Assembly (NCBI GenBank): GCA_964419045.1 | Contig: CAYQNO010000019.1 | Span: 413,918 to 477,917 of the forward strand | Direction: 5' to 3' | DNA from: an uncultured Flavobacteriales bacterium | GTDB taxonomy: Bacteria > Pseudomonadota > Alphaproteobacteria > UBA8366 > CAVOAK01 | Length of the DNA stretch: 64,000 nt | Part shown: piece after piece, positions 47,776 through 58,667 of the stretch | Layout of the letters: every line of letters begins with the position of its first letter | Numbering within the stretch: the stretch's first letter is position 1 | The notes under the pieces: model-generated | Told to the model about the DNA's origin: nothing | Seen by the model: the letters and a program-made list of their open reading frames with translations, nothing else | Databases searched by the model: none | Position numbers and translations under genes: made by a program

Positions 47776-50523
47776 CTAGGTTTCCATGTCATTCGGAAGA
47801 AAAGATCGAACAGTGTTTACTGCTTCCGAGAGGCTAACACGAATGATATCTACCCCAGGAGGAAACGCACCGGCCAGTCGGGATGGCATCATCGGATCGA
47901 GTAAAACAAAAACACCACGATCCGTTTCCTGTCGCACTAACCGGCCAAACGCTTGTTTCAGACGCAGGCGTGTTACTGTGTCGTCGAGTGCTGGGCCTCC
48001 GAAATGGAGCCGACGCGCACGATGTAGGATGGTCGGCCTCGGCCACGGCACTCGCTCAAAGACAATCAGTCGGAGTGCAGTACCAGGTACATCTACACCA
48101 TCGCGCATCGCATCGGTTCCAAGAAGACATGCATTTTGTTCTGCTCGGAATATATCGACCAAAGTAGCCAGATTAAGGCCGTCTACATGTTGCGCATAAA
48201 GCGAGAGGCCAGCTTCATCGATTGCATTGGAGATAAGTTTGTGAACCTCCCGTAGCCGACTGATCGCCGTAAAAAGGCCGAGCGCACCTCCACGTGAAGC
48301 AGTAAATAGTTCCCTGTAGGCAGCTGCAACCTCGTTTATATTGCCTCTATGTACATCTGTTACCACAATGACGCGCGTAAGGTTTTTGTAGTCAAACGGT
48401 GACGGTACTTCAGCTCTGATAGCGGCTTGACTCAGATGTTGCACACCAGTACGTGATTCGGCGACTCGCCAATCTGTCTCTAAATCGCCAGAACCGTCCT
48501 TTAATGTAGCGGAAGTGATAATTAATCCATGAGCCGGCTCGGCAACAATTTTTACAAATGGAAGTGTTGGATCTACCCAGTGACGCTTCAGGCCTATGTC
48601 AATTTCACGGCCATCGATACGATCTACAGAAAACCAGTCAACAAATTGCTCGGGTGTGCCTTCCGTCAGTGAGCTGAGCATGGATCGCCAAGACTGGATA
48701 GTGCAGAGTCCCTTATAACTCAGCGATCGCAAGACTGACTCTAGTTTACTGCGAGTTTCTATTTCTAGCGTATCAAAATTTTCCTCCAAGCGTGCAGCGA
48801 ACGAAACCATAAGTTTAGAAAGCGGTTCTTCAATTACCAATAACGAACTATTGAGTTCTGATGCTGCGGCTATGAGCTCGTCATCTAGATCGTCGCAGAC
48901 TACTTCCAGGCTGTACGATGTGTGTTCAATACCTGACAGTGCGAACACTCGATTTCGGACCGCGGTAAGAAAATTTTCAACGGTTCCCTTTGGTCGGCCA
49001 TCGACACAGCGTTGGTGCCAGCCGTCGCCCGGTAACGCTTGGGCAGCAGCCAATATATCCTTCAATGTCGATGAGTCGTCGTTTTCTTCCACAAGATCCT
49101 CAATCCGTTTTTTCAGTCCACGGTCACGACCATGTTGACGACTTCTTGAGTCGCATAACCAGCGTCTTAAATCTGCCGTTTCAAGTCCACTTAGATAAAC
49201 TGAAAACACACTGTCGGCTGCGTCAAAGACGTGATGACCTTCGTCAAACACGTAGCGAACAGCCGGCATATGATCATTCTCCCTATTATGTGCGGCTTGA
49301 ATCATAACTAGGGTATGGTTCGCAATTACAATTTTGGCATAGCGGGCCCTGCGGATACCTCGTTCGATAAAACAGCGAGAATAATGTGAGCATGCGGAGT
49401 AGATGCATTCACCCCGATGGTCGGTGAGGCCCACACTGTGTTGATAACCAACCAGGTCACTTAACCAAGCTGGGAAATCACCTCCGTTCACATCACCGTC
49501 ACGCGTTTCGGCCGCCCAACGTAACATTAATCCTAGTGCAACAGCATCTTTGCCAAGGACCTCTACCGAGCTCACTGCTTCCTCCAAATTGAGTAAACAC
49601 AAATAATTTTCCCTACCTTTACGCAGCACGACCTCGCTATTCTTGGTGGTAGGATCAGAAAACAGACTTGTTAGTTCCTGATCAATCTGATGTTGTAAAT
49701 TTCTTGTGTAGGTTGAGATCCATACTGGGGCACCATTTTTTTCTGCCCATAGACTGGCTGGTGCTAAGTATCCTTTTGTCTTTCCTACGCCGGTCCCGGC
49801 TTCAGCCAAGAGAAAATGTGGTTCGTTATCAACGTTACGTGGTTGAAAGGCTCTTGTGGCAGCGGATGCATAGTCTGCTTGGCTGGGTCTCGCTTCGGCC
49901 GTCTTGCCAATCATGGTAGCAAGCCGAGTACGTGCATCTACAGCTTCCACGGGTTGATCTCCGGCCGGTGGGGGCACGTCTTCCGACCATTCTTCTAACT
50001 CATGCCAGATTTCTAGACCCGTAGATTTTCTGTCAGTGGCTTCAACAGCGTGTTCATCCAAAGCGGCCAGCACAAATTTACTCCACAGCCATCCGCCACG
50101 TTCCATACTCCTCGCTATGGCCACGCTGTCGCTGTGAAATGTCTGTTCGGTAACTATTGTCAGTAGCTTTTTCGCTATCAGTTGGATCAATTTTGGCTGT
50201 TCACTCTTTATCTCCGAGCCATTCATGTCGATAGCGCTCGCAACGCCTCGCGGAGTCGGTATACAGTTATGTGCAGGGGCTACGAAGGCAAAGAGCTCTA
50301 AAATATCGAAAGCCTGAAATAATTTTATGCCTAGACGTCGGGCTGTTGCTGGTGCATGGCAAACTAGGGGAGGTGCACTGATGGCGAGTCGCTGAACAAC
50401 TACTTCGTGGGATAACTCTTCTATCTCACCATCAACTGTGAGCCATACACCCTTTATGGAATTGGCAGAGAGTGAAGGTACTTGGGGTAGATGGGGTGGT
50501 GATCTTTCCATCATGATTGCCAA
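47776..50523 (-). CDS. DinG/Rad3-family ATP-dependent DNA helicase (long alphaproteobacterial form)
   Basis: 915 aa. Walker A AEAGTGVGKT, DEGH box VFDEGHH, Cys cluster GECIYSACSHYSRC (Fe-S type), C-terminal helicase motifs TSATL and GRLVRQETDRGVFVLLD. Confidence 0.85.
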   Translation of the reverse strand: MAIMMERSPPHLPQVPSLSANSIKGVWLTVDGEIEELSHEVVVQRLAISAPPLVCHAPATARRLGIKLFQAFDILELFAFVAPAHNCIPTPRGVASAIDMNGSEIKSEQPKLIQLIAKKLLTIVTEQTFHSDSVAIARSMERGGWLWSKFVLAALDEHAVEATDRKSTGLEIWHELEEWSEDVPPPAGDQPVEAVDARTRLATMIGKTAEARPSQADYASAATRAFQPRNVDNEPHFLLAEAGTGVGKTKGYLAPASLWAEKNGAPVWISTYTRNLQHQIDQELTSLFSDPTTKNSEVVLRKGRENYLCLLNLEEAVSSVEVLGKDAVALGLMLRWAAETRDGDVNGGDFPAWLSDLVGYQHSVGLTDHRGECIYSACSHYSRCFIERGIRRARYAKIVIANHTLVMIQAAHNRENDHMPAVRYVFDEGHHVFDAADSVFSVYLSGLETADLRRWLCDSRSRQHGRDRGLKKRIEDLVEENDDSSTLKDILAAAQALPGDGWHQRCVDGRPKGTVENFLTAVRNRVFALSGIEHTSYSLEVVCDDLDDELIAAASELNSSLLVIEEPLSKLMVSFAARLEENFDTLEIETRSKLESVLRSLSYKGLCTIQSWRSMLSSLTEGTPEQFVDWFSVDRIDGREIDIGLKRHWVDPTLPFVKIVAEPAHGLIITSATLKDGSGDLETDWRVAESRTGVQHLSQAAIRAEVPSPFDYKNLTRVIVVTDVHRGNINEVAAAYRELFTASRGGALGLFTAISRLREVHKLISNAIDEAGLSLYAQHVDGLNLATLVDIFRAEQNACLLGTDAMRDGVDVPGTALRLIVFERVPWPRPTILHRARRLHFGGPALDDTVTRLRLKQAFGRLVRQETDRGVFVLLDPMMPSRLAGAFPPGVDIIRVSLSEAVNTVRSFLPNDMET

Positions 50524-50671
50524 TCATAACTGGATGGATTGTTTGGTGGGAGTCGTAAGGCGCTATTTGAGCTAGATTTCTAACCTATGGGACTCAATAG
50601 CGGCTTCAGTTGACGACGGCCTTACCGTGTGCCTAGTTTCACTTTCATCCTCGAAAAAATTAAGGAACTAG

Positions 50672-52297
50672 GTGACTATGTCGAAGCTACGCAAACTGTC
50701 GCTGAATGCCAAAGCCTGGCCGTTTCAAGAGGCGCGTAAATTACTTGAACGAGTGGGCGAGAAGTTACCGAAAAAAGGTTACATCCTGTTTGAGACAGGC
50801 TATGGCCCTTCGGGTCTACCTCATATTGGCACGTTCGGTGAAGTTGTACGTACCGCTATGGTACGTCATGCTTTTAGCGCACTTTCGGATATGCCAACCC
50901 GGCTTTTTACATTTTCAGATGATATGGACGGGCTGCGTAAAGTTCCAGACAATATACCAAACCGCGAGATGATGCTCGATCATATTGGTAAACCATTGAC
51001 ATCAGTTCCCGATCCTTTCGGTACACATGAAAGTTTCGGCCATCACAATAACGCAAGGTTGTGCAAATTTCTGGATCAATTTGGATTCCATTACGAATTT
51101 AAGAGCTCTACGCAATGTTATCAATCAGGCGAATTTGACGAAGCACTCCTGCGTATTCTCAATCATTATCAAGAGCTCATGGAAATAATGTTACCATCGT
51201 TGCGAGAAGAGCGGGCGAAAACATATAGTCCCTTTTTGCCGATCTGTCCGGATACAGGTCAAGTACTCCAAGTTGAAATTATTATGACTGATGCAAATGC
51301 CGGCACCGTTACGTATCGTCGCGAAGACGGGAAAGTATTTGAAACGTTAGTTACGGGTGGTCACTGCAAACTGCAATGGAAACCCGATTGGGCAATGCGC
51401 TGGGATGCCTTCGGTGTAGATTACGAGATGTTTGGTAAGGACCTAATTGATTCAGGTCGCCTTTCGGGACGTATTGTCCGAGCAATTGGTGGAAAGCCGC
51501 CCGAGAGCCTTACTTATGAGTTATTTCTCGACGAGAACGGTGAGAAGATATCCAAATCTCGTGGTAACGGCTTGACGATCGAAGAGTGGTTGACCTACGC
51601 ACCGGAAGAGTCTCTTGCTCTGTTCATGTTTAGTAAGCCGAAATCTGCCAAGAGGCTTTACTTTGATGTCATTCCGAAGACTGTTGATGATTATCTAGCG
51701 TTGTTAGAGAAAATAGCAGGTGAGGATGCTGCTCAGCAGTTGGAAAACCCAATTTGGCACGTTCATGGTGGCAAACTCCCAGTTGATAGGATCCCCTTGA
51801 GTTTTAATGTTCTGCTCAATCTTGTGAGTGTATGCAATACAGAGGACAAGTCAGTATTGTGGGGGTTCATTTTACGGTATGCACCGCACGCGGAGACGAG
51901 GCCTAATGGCCTCCTTGACAAGCTTGTTGGTTATGCAATTCGCTACTATTCAGACTTCGTGAAGCCTTTTAAACATTACCGTAAGCCAAGCACGAAGGAG
52001 CGCAAGGCACTAGAAGAGCTAGTTGCAGAATTATTAAAGATGTCAGAGAATGCGACTGCTGAAGAAATCCAATCATGTGTGTATGAAGTGGGCAAGCGCC
52101 AGGACTTTGACTCTTTGCGGCGATGGTTTCAGATACTCTACGAGATTTTATTGGGTCAGGAGCAGGGGCCGCGCATGGGGTCGTTCATTAGGTTGTATGG
52201 AATCGGTGAAACTACGTTACTGATTCACCGTGTGCTTGCTGGTGACGATTTGTCTGTGTCGGGGCCGGCCACACATCCTAGGAATAATTTAGGGTAG
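50672..52297 (+). CDS. lysK: Lysine--tRNA ligase, class I
   Basis: 541 aa. GYGPSGLPHIGTFGEV (HIGH-type) and KISKSRGNG (KMSKS-type). The start may instead be ATG 50678. Confidence 0.93.
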   Translation: MTMSKLRKLSLNAKAWPFQEARKLLERVGEKLPKKGYILFETGYGPSGLPHIGTFGEVVRTAMVRHAFSALSDMPTRLFTFSDDMDGLRKVPDNIPNREMMLDHIGKPLTSVPDPFGTHESFGHHNNARLCKFLDQFGFHYEFKSSTQCYQSGEFDEALLRILNHYQELMEIMLPSLREERAKTYSPFLPICPDTGQVLQVEIIMTDANAGTVTYRREDGKVFETLVTGGHCKLQWKPDWAMRWDAFGVDYEMFGKDLIDSGRLSGRIVRAIGGKPPESLTYELFLDENGEKISKSRGNGLTIEEWLTYAPEESLALFMFSKPKSAKRLYFDVIPKTVDDYLALLEKIAGEDAAQQLENPIWHVHGGKLPVDRIPLSFNVLLNLVSVCNTEDKSVLWGFILRYAPHAETRPNGLLDKLVGYAIRYYSDFVKPFKHYRKPSTKERKALEELVAELLKMSENATAEEIQSCVYEVGKRQDFDSLRRWFQILYEILLGQEQGPRMGSFIRLYGIGETTLLIHRVLAGDDLSVSGPATHPRNNLG

Positions 52298-52545
52298 CGA
52301 CACTCTTGCGTTGTCTGAAACTTGAGAAGACACTTGCCAAAGGCAAATTCGTAAATTACCCAACCTTATTTACAATAATTGTTAATTATATGGCTTCAGA
52401 ACCTATCCATGCGCAATTGTTCTGCGTACCTCCATTTCAAATTACAAGTGTTGTATTTTTAGAAAGCTAAATCAAGTAGATATTGCTGGATTTATTTGGT
52501 ATCCGACCACCTATATTTGTGCAGTTATATGGTGCCATTAATAAA

Positions 52546-53514
52546 TTATGCGGCAGCTTTTTCACGTATTTTAGCACTATTATTAATACCGTTACGGATG
52601 AGGTGGCGAAGTGTCTCCCAATAACCTTTACGTAGTTCGCCGAGATGCGGGTGCAGGATATCATGTAGTTCGCCTAACTTGAAAAAGGGGACCAGTGGAA
52701 TTGCATGGTGCTCAGCATGGTAGGCCATGTTCCATGACAACCAACGTACCGGTCGCGACGTTAAAACTGTTCTCGTGTTCTGCAACATATCGTCGTGCCT
52801 TGGACAGCCAACGTGCTCTGACATGCGTATGATCCGTTCAACAGGCTCCGCAATTATACGCGGTATGAGCCAGAATATAGCTATCGCCCAACTTTGCGAC
52901 CATATAGATCCAACCAGTATTGCCAGATATATTAACCAGAATATGTAAGCCTCCCTACGGATTGCAAGAAATGCACTTTCTGGAATGGCTCGCTTCTCGC
53001 CGTCATTAAATTTTCCAAAAGGATGGCGTAGTAGCGTTGCTGTCAAAGATTGAAAATATGGAACTGCCGATGCGTAGTATATAAATCCGCCGAGAGTTTC
53101 ACCCATAGGTATAGCCTGTGGGTCTCGCTCGACCATTTGCGTATATGTATGATGCTCCGCATGTTGGTAGCGGAACGCGAGTGGTAAAAGTGTCAGGACA
53201 AGTCCACAGGAGAACGCGACCGTACGATTAAGCCACATCGACCTAAAAGGCGTATTATGGGCACATTCGTGGTATGGGGCGAACAAATGAACGATGCCTA
53301 TCCCATGGATAAAACTTGCAGGTACACACCACCATGTTCCGAGAGAAAGATAGAGGAGATACCCGGTGGTTAAGAGAAGAGCAATGTGCGCTGTGGCAAA
53401 GATTAGGCCTTTAACGTTACTACGTCTTGTAAGTTCACCAATTCGCTCTCGACCCACGAGCTCACGGATGCTTCTTGCTTCGTAGACATCACCTGATTCG
53501 GTTCGTTCATTCAT
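52546..53514 (-). CDS. Membrane fatty acid desaturase family protein
   Basis: 322 aa. His boxes HECAHN, HAEHH (twice), 4 TM segments. Confidence 0.85.
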   Translation of the reverse strand: MNERTESGDVYEARSIRELVGRERIGELTRRSNVKGLIFATAHIALLLTTGYLLYLSLGTWWCVPASFIHGIGIVHLFAPYHECAHNTPFRSMWLNRTVAFSCGLVLTLLPLAFRYQHAEHHTYTQMVERDPQAIPMGETLGGFIYYASAVPYFQSLTATLLRHPFGKFNDGEKRAIPESAFLAIRREAYIFWLIYLAILVGSIWSQSWAIAIFWLIPRIIAEPVERIIRMSEHVGCPRHDDMLQNTRTVLTSRPVRWLSWNMAYHAEHHAIPLVPFFKLGELHDILHPHLGELRKGYWETLRHLIRNGINNSAKIREKAAA

Positions 53515-53573
53515 AATAAAATGTAGTGATCACACTATCGTTGCGGTCCCCTAGGTATCGTTCCAGATATTCA

Positions 53574-53894
53574 TTAATCTTTACGGTAAATTATGTGATA
53601 GCCGAATTCTGTTTCAATAATGTCACTTCTGTCGCCAACTTGGAGGTCAAACGCGGCTACCTCAAAAGATGGTACCATCTGACCACGACTAAATTCTCCC
53701 AAATATCCTCCACGCTCACTCGATGGACAGTCCGAACGGTTGCTAGCTAATTCCATAAAATCTGCTCCACCATCAAGTTCGTCGCGGATGTTCTCAATTT
53801 CTGTCAGAGCATCCTTACGAGACCTAGTTGCCTCAGCTCCTACTGCTTCAATGTGCGAGATGAGAATGTGCGAGGCACTAACTATTTCTACCAT
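53574..53894 (-). CDS. Parvulin-type peptidyl-prolyl cis-trans isomerase (PpiC-like)
   Basis: 106 aa. ASHILI, GGYLGEFSRGQMVPSFE, TEFGYHII. Confidence 0.9.
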   Translation of the reverse strand: MVEIVSASHILISHIEAVGAEATRSRKDALTEIENIRDELDGGADFMELASNRSDCPSSERGGYLGEFSRGQMVPSFEVAAFDLQVGDRSDIIETEFGYHIIYRKD

Positions 53895-54156
53895 AGAATT
53901 TCCTCAATTGAACCTAACTCTCATCGAGGCGCTACCGAAGGAGACACTCGCCATAAGTTATAATGAATTTTCTAACGCTATCATAAACTTTACTTCCTTA
54001 CTACTCATACAACATCAGTTGACCCATGAATATATGGACTTATTTAATAGAGCTGTTCGCAAAGCGTGATTTCGTTTAGCGTCATATTATGGAACTGATA
54101 TGTTGCCTTATCTACATGGTATGTTGTTCTTTCTAATTTAGGTTGAAGTAGAATTA

Positions 54157-55218
54157 ATGCGAATGGCAATTATGAACGCGGCCGCACGGATGCTTAGTTG
54201 TCTTGACCCAGAGCGTGCGCACGAATTTACGATTTGGGCACTTGAACATGGTCTTGGTCCAGGCAAGCAGGTTGAGATAGATGATCCAGTCCTCTCGACC
54301 AACCTTTGGGGGATTTCCCTACCAAACCCGATAGGGCTAGCAGCCGGTTTCGACAAAAATGCTCGAGTATTCGCTCCCGCCATTCAAGCAGGTTTTGGGT
54401 TTGTAGAAGTTGGTACGATTACTCCTGTTTTCCAAGCAGGAAACCCGAAACCCCGAATTTTTCGACTTCACGAAGATGGTGCAGTTATCAATAGACTAGG
54501 TTTTAATAGTGATGGCGTAGAATCGGCAGCGCGTCGGCTTGAAAATGATCATATTGGGGTTGTTGGTGCTAACATCGGTATGAATAGAACCAGCGCTGAT
54601 CCAGCTGAAGACTACGCAATAGCGGCGAAGCGAATGGCGCCACTCGTGGACTATATTGCGATAAACGTATCTTCTCCCAATACACCCGGTATTCGTGCTC
54701 TACAGGGGAGTGATTCATTGGCACACATAATTGAGCGCGTAAGGTCTGCCTGTGTAGCATCCACGCCAAGACGTTTGCCGCCCTTAGTAGTCAAGATTGC
54801 ACCTGATCTTTCATTACAGAATCTGCGAGCAATAGTCGATGTATCTTTAAGAGAAGAGGTAAAGGGCTTGATCATTGGAAATTCAACAATTTCGCGACCA
54901 TCAAATCTCAAAAGTTATAACAAAGGAGAGACAGGGGGTTTGAGTGGTCGACCATTGTTTAGCATTACAACTGAACTGTTGGCAGCAGCCTATAATATTA
55001 GTGGTGGGCAACTACCTTTGATCGGAACTGGTGGAGTTGGAAATGGAATGGACGCCTATGCAAAAATTCGAGCCGGCGCATCAGCAGTACAGCTTTATAC
55101 TGCATTGACTTATGGTGGACCAGCACTGATAGGAAAAATTAAACGTGAATTGGCTGCCTGTCTGCGAGCAGATGGCTGTCAGTGTGTCGCTGACGCTGTT
55201 GGAGCCGATCATAAATAA
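54157..55218 (+). CDS. pyrD: Dihydroorotate dehydrogenase (quinone), class 2
   Basis: 353 aa. GLAAGFDKN, GFVEVGTITP, INVSSPNTPGIR, GGLSGRPL, IGTGGV. Confidence 0.95.
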   Translation: MRMAIMNAAARMLSCLDPERAHEFTIWALEHGLGPGKQVEIDDPVLSTNLWGISLPNPIGLAAGFDKNARVFAPAIQAGFGFVEVGTITPVFQAGNPKPRIFRLHEDGAVINRLGFNSDGVESAARRLENDHIGVVGANIGMNRTSADPAEDYAIAAKRMAPLVDYIAINVSSPNTPGIRALQGSDSLAHIIERVRSACVASTPRRLPPLVVKIAPDLSLQNLRAIVDVSLREEVKGLIIGNSTISRPSNLKSYNKGETGGLSGRPLFSITTELLAAAYNISGGQLPLIGTGGVGNGMDAYAKIRAGASAVQLYTALTYGGPALIGKIKRELAACLRADGCQCVADAVGADHK

Positions 55219-55475
55219 ATACCGCGCAAATATCGGGCTTGTTATGATTCGGTAAAGGTATCGCCTGTTAGCAAATCTTACTCCGTAACAAAGGATTTAA
55301 TAAATTTGAAAGGCTAATGAGTGTGATCGGCGTTGAGGTAGAAATCTAGTTATCTAAATTACTAGTCGGAGTTAGCACAGGGTGGATTTGTGACTCATAA
55401 TATTCATTTCAACCGGGGCAGCCCTTTTGGTCAATTACGACTACACGGAATTTGTGTGGACCCGGTAGAGGACGT

Positions 55476-56357
55476 ATGAGTTTATCACGTATGCCTATTG
55501 TTCTAGACGGGATGAAGGAGGTTGCTGACCGTTACGACGGTTACATTTTTGACCTTTGGGGCGTGGTCCACAATGGTGTGGAGGCTCTGCCCGGAGCTAT
55601 TGATGTTATGCAAAAGCTGCGTGCTAATGGCAGTCGTGTGGCGTTTTTGTCTAACGCACCACGTCGCAACATAGCTGTAGCAAACCAATTGTCTGATTTC
55701 TGCATCTTACCAGACCAGTATGATGTAATCATGTCATCGGGCGAAGAGGTTTGGCGTCATTTATTTGAGAGAACGGATCCTTGGTATAGCGACCTTGGAC
55801 ACAAATGCCTGCATATTGGAGCCGAGCGCGACAGAGGCATGTTTGAAGACCTGGATCTCGTTATTACTGAGGATCCCACTGATGCCGAGTTTGTGCTCAA
55901 TACAGGGACGTTTGCCGATGGTGACAGTATTGATTCATACGAATCTTTGTTGCGAGATATAATCGCTCGGAGACTTCCTATGATCTGTGCCAACCCTGAC
56001 CTTGTAGTCATGCGTGGTGACAAAGAACAAATTTGCGCTGGCACACTGGCGGAGCGATTCGAAATACTTGGTGGAACGGTACGTTGGCATGGGAAACCGG
56101 ATCCATCAGTTTATATTGCTTGTCTTGCAAGGCTAGAAATGGAGAACTCTAACCGTACGTTGATGATTGGCGATTCCTTTCGTACGGATATTTGTGGTGC
56201 CAACCATGCCGGAATCGATAGTTTGTTTGTCGCAGGAGGAATTCATGCTACCGATTTGTTTAAAACTGACGGGTCACCCGATCTGTTGAAGGTAGAGGAA
56301 GCCTCGAGGGTCGCGGCGGCTCGACCCGACTATGTCATAGGTACGGTTACTTGGTAG
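55476..56357 (+). CDS. HAD superfamily class IIA hydrolase (TIGR01459-like)
   Basis: YIFDLWGVVHNG (DxWG nucleophile motif), FLSNAPR, MIGDSFRTDICGA. ATG 55476 (GAGGAC upstream) is preferred over the track's TTG 55452. Confidence 0.8.
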   Translation: MSLSRMPIVLDGMKEVADRYDGYIFDLWGVVHNGVEALPGAIDVMQKLRANGSRVAFLSNAPRRNIAVANQLSDFCILPDQYDVIMSSGEEVWRHLFERTDPWYSDLGHKCLHIGAERDRGMFEDLDLVITEDPTDAEFVLNTGTFADGDSIDSYESLLRDIIARRLPMICANPDLVVMRGDKEQICAGTLAERFEILGGTVRWHGKPDPSVYIACLARLEMENSNRTLMIGDSFRTDICGANHAGIDSLFVAGGIHATDLFKTDGSPDLLKVEEASRVAAARPDYVIGTVTW

Positions 56358-56460
56358 TAAATGGTAAGTCCGCTATTCTAGTATTTGTTGATGGGAGAAC
56401 AAATAGAAATCCCTGTGGTGTTAGGTAATATGACTTCTGGCGGAAGAAGGGGTAAGAAGC

Positions 56461-58614
56461 GTGGCCAAATTTTCGGATTTGCGGCTTGACGATTGGCAAA
56501 AGTTGGCTAGGGATGAACTTGATGGGGGTTCACTCGATGCACTGGACTGGCAAACCGCTGAAGGCATAACTGTTTCTCCTTTGTATACGTCTAGCGACTT
56601 GCAAGAAGTTGAGCACCTTAACACTTGGCCAGGACTTGCACCGTTTTTGCGTGGTCCCCGTGCGACAATGTATGCTCATCATCCTTGGACCGTTAGGCAA
56701 TACGCGGGATTTTCTACCGCGCAGGAATCCAATACGTTTTATCGTAAGGCGCTTAAGTCGGGGCAACGAGGCTTGTCAGTTGCTTTTGATTTGGCAACAC
56801 ACCGGGGTTACGACAGCGATCATCATCGGGTTGCTGGTGATGTTGGTATGGCAGGCGTGGCTATAGATTCAGTGGAAGATATGGCTATTCTATTCGATGG
56901 CATTCCGCTCGATCAGACGAGTGTCTCTATGACAATGAACGGCGCAGTTCTGCCGGTTCTCGCAATGTATATTGTTGCAGGTGAGGAAAGCGGTGTGCCA
57001 ATGGAACAACTCAGTGGAACTATTCAGAACGATATTCTGAAGGAATTCATGGTCCGCAATACCTACATCTATCCGCCTGAGCCTTCGATGCGAATCGTCG
57101 CAGACGTCATTGATTATACGGCAAGATATTTGCCAAAATTCAATTCAATTTCAATTTCTGGCTATCACATGCAGGAAGCTGGTGCAACTTGTGTACAGGA
57201 ACTCGCTTACACTATCGCGGACGGGTTGGAATATGTGCGAGCTGCGATATCGAAAGGGTTGGAAGTTGACCGGTTCGCACCGCGGTTGTCTTTTTTTTTC
57301 GGGGTGGGCATGAACATGTTTATGGAAATTGCGAAGCTGCGTGCGGCGCGATATCTCTGGGCACATTTAATGCGCGATATATTTTCTGCAACTGACGATC
57401 GTTCACTCATGCTACGCACCCATTGTCAAACGTCAGGAGTTTCGCTCACAGCTCAAGATCCTTACAACAACGTTGTTCGAACAACCATTGAAGCCCTTGC
57501 CGCGGCCCTTGGCGGAACGCAATCTCTGCACACTAATTCGTTCGATGAGGCGGTAGCTTTGCCGACGGACGCCGCAGCCAAGATAGCTCGCAATACACAA
57601 CTTATTCTTCAGGAGGAAACGGGTATTACCCGCGTAGTTGATCCACTTGCAGGCTCTTACTATGTCGAGAGTCTTACGGCAAGCCTAATTTCCGAGGGAC
57701 GAAAACAGATTGCAGAGATTGAAGAAATGGGCGGAATGGTCAAGGCAGTCATAGCCGGTGTGCCCAAGCTCCGGATAGAGGAGGCGGCTGCTCGGCGGCA
57801 GGCAAGAATTGATCGAGGAGAGGAAGTGATCGTGGGTGTTAATAAGTATCAATCTTTTGATGTCGAAGCAGTCGAAGTTAGAGGAATTGATCATGCCGCA
57901 GTGCGGGAAGCTCAAACGTTAAGAATTAAGAAATTGCGCGATACGCGGAATGAAGTGGCTTGCCTCGCCTCACTGGGGGCGTTAACTGAGGCTGCCGGTG
58001 CAAGCAACAGAAACCTCTTGGAGCTCTCCCTCGAGGCAGCTCGGCGGCGGGCTACCGTGGGCGAGATATCTGATGCTCTGGAGAAGGTATATTCCCGACA
58101 CCAAGCTGTTAGCCAAACTGTAACAGGAGTTTATGGTCGTGCCTACGAAGGTGACGAGGATTTTGTAGCAATTAGAAATGCTGTTGAAAAATTTCTTTTG
58201 GAAGAGGGTCGCAGACCGCGCATACTAGTAGCAAAGTTGGGACAAGACGGTCATGATCGTGGTGCTAAAATTATTGCGTCAGCCTTTGCAGATATTGGCT
58301 TTGATGTAGATATTGGTTCCTTGTTTCAAACACCGGAGGAAGCCGCAGCACAAGCAATTGAAAACGATGTACATGTAGTGGGTGTATCTTCGCAGGCGGC
58401 TGGCCACCGTATACTTATACCTCAGATGATCAAGGCACTTAGAGAGCAGAGTGCGGAAGAAATCATAGTAATTTGTGGTGGCGTGGTACCCCAGCAAGAC
58501 TATGATCAACTAAAGGAGGCGGGTGTGAAGGCTTTTTTTGGGCCTGGTACCAACATTCGTAAAGCTGCTGAAGAAATTATAAATCTCATAAATATTCGTG
58601 GTGTAATTCTTTGA
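56461..58614 (+). CDS. mcm: Methylmalonyl-CoA mutase, single-chain (alpha2-type) large subunit
   Basis: 717 aa. [42 protein letters not shown]12-binding DxHxxG ([10 protein letters not shown]). Confidence 0.95.
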   Translation: MAKFSDLRLDDWQKLARDELDGGSLDALDWQTAEGITVSPLYTSSDLQEVEHLNTWPGLAPFLRGPRATMYAHHPWTVRQYAGFSTAQESNTFYRKALKSGQRGLSVAFDLATHRGYDSDHHRVAGDVGMAGVAIDSVEDMAILFDGIPLDQTSVSMTMNGAVLPVLAMYIVAGEESGVPMEQLSGTIQNDILKEFMVRNTYIYPPEPSMRIVADVIDYTARYLPKFNSISISGYHMQEAGATCVQELAYTIADGLEYVRAAISKGLEVDRFAPRLSFFFGVGMNMFMEIAKLRAARYLWAHLMRDIFSATDDRSLMLRTHCQTSGVSLTAQDPYNNVVRTTIEALAAALGGTQSLHTNSFDEAVALPTDAAAKIARNTQLILQEETGITRVVDPLAGSYYVESLTASLISEGRKQIAEIEEMGGMVKAVIAGVPKLRIEEAAARRQARIDRGEEVIVGVNKYQSFDVEAVEVRGIDHAAVREAQTLRIKKLRDTRNEVACLASLGALTEAAGASNRNLLELSLEAARRRATVGEISDALEKVYSRHQAVSQTVTGVYGRAYEGDEDFVAIRNAVEKFLLEEGRRPRILVAKLGQDGHDRGAKIIASAFADIGFDVDIGSLFQTPEEAAAQAIENDVHVVGVSSQAAGHRILIPQMIKALREQSAEEIIVICGGVVPQQDYDQLKEAGVKAFFGPGTNIRKAAEEIINLINIRGVIL

Positions 58615-58667
58615 AAATAATTCGACTCGACATTAAGTTTATTTTTATATAGGCGCAGAATTTGCAA

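Noticed and set aside
52298-52545. AT-rich 248-bp convergent gap after lysK with small hairpins (for example TTGCC-AAA-GGCAA), and a 65-aa ORF at 52467-52664.
   Set aside because: The stems are only 4-5 bp with no convincing T-tracts. The ORF overlaps the desaturase 3' end out of frame and has an implausible composition.
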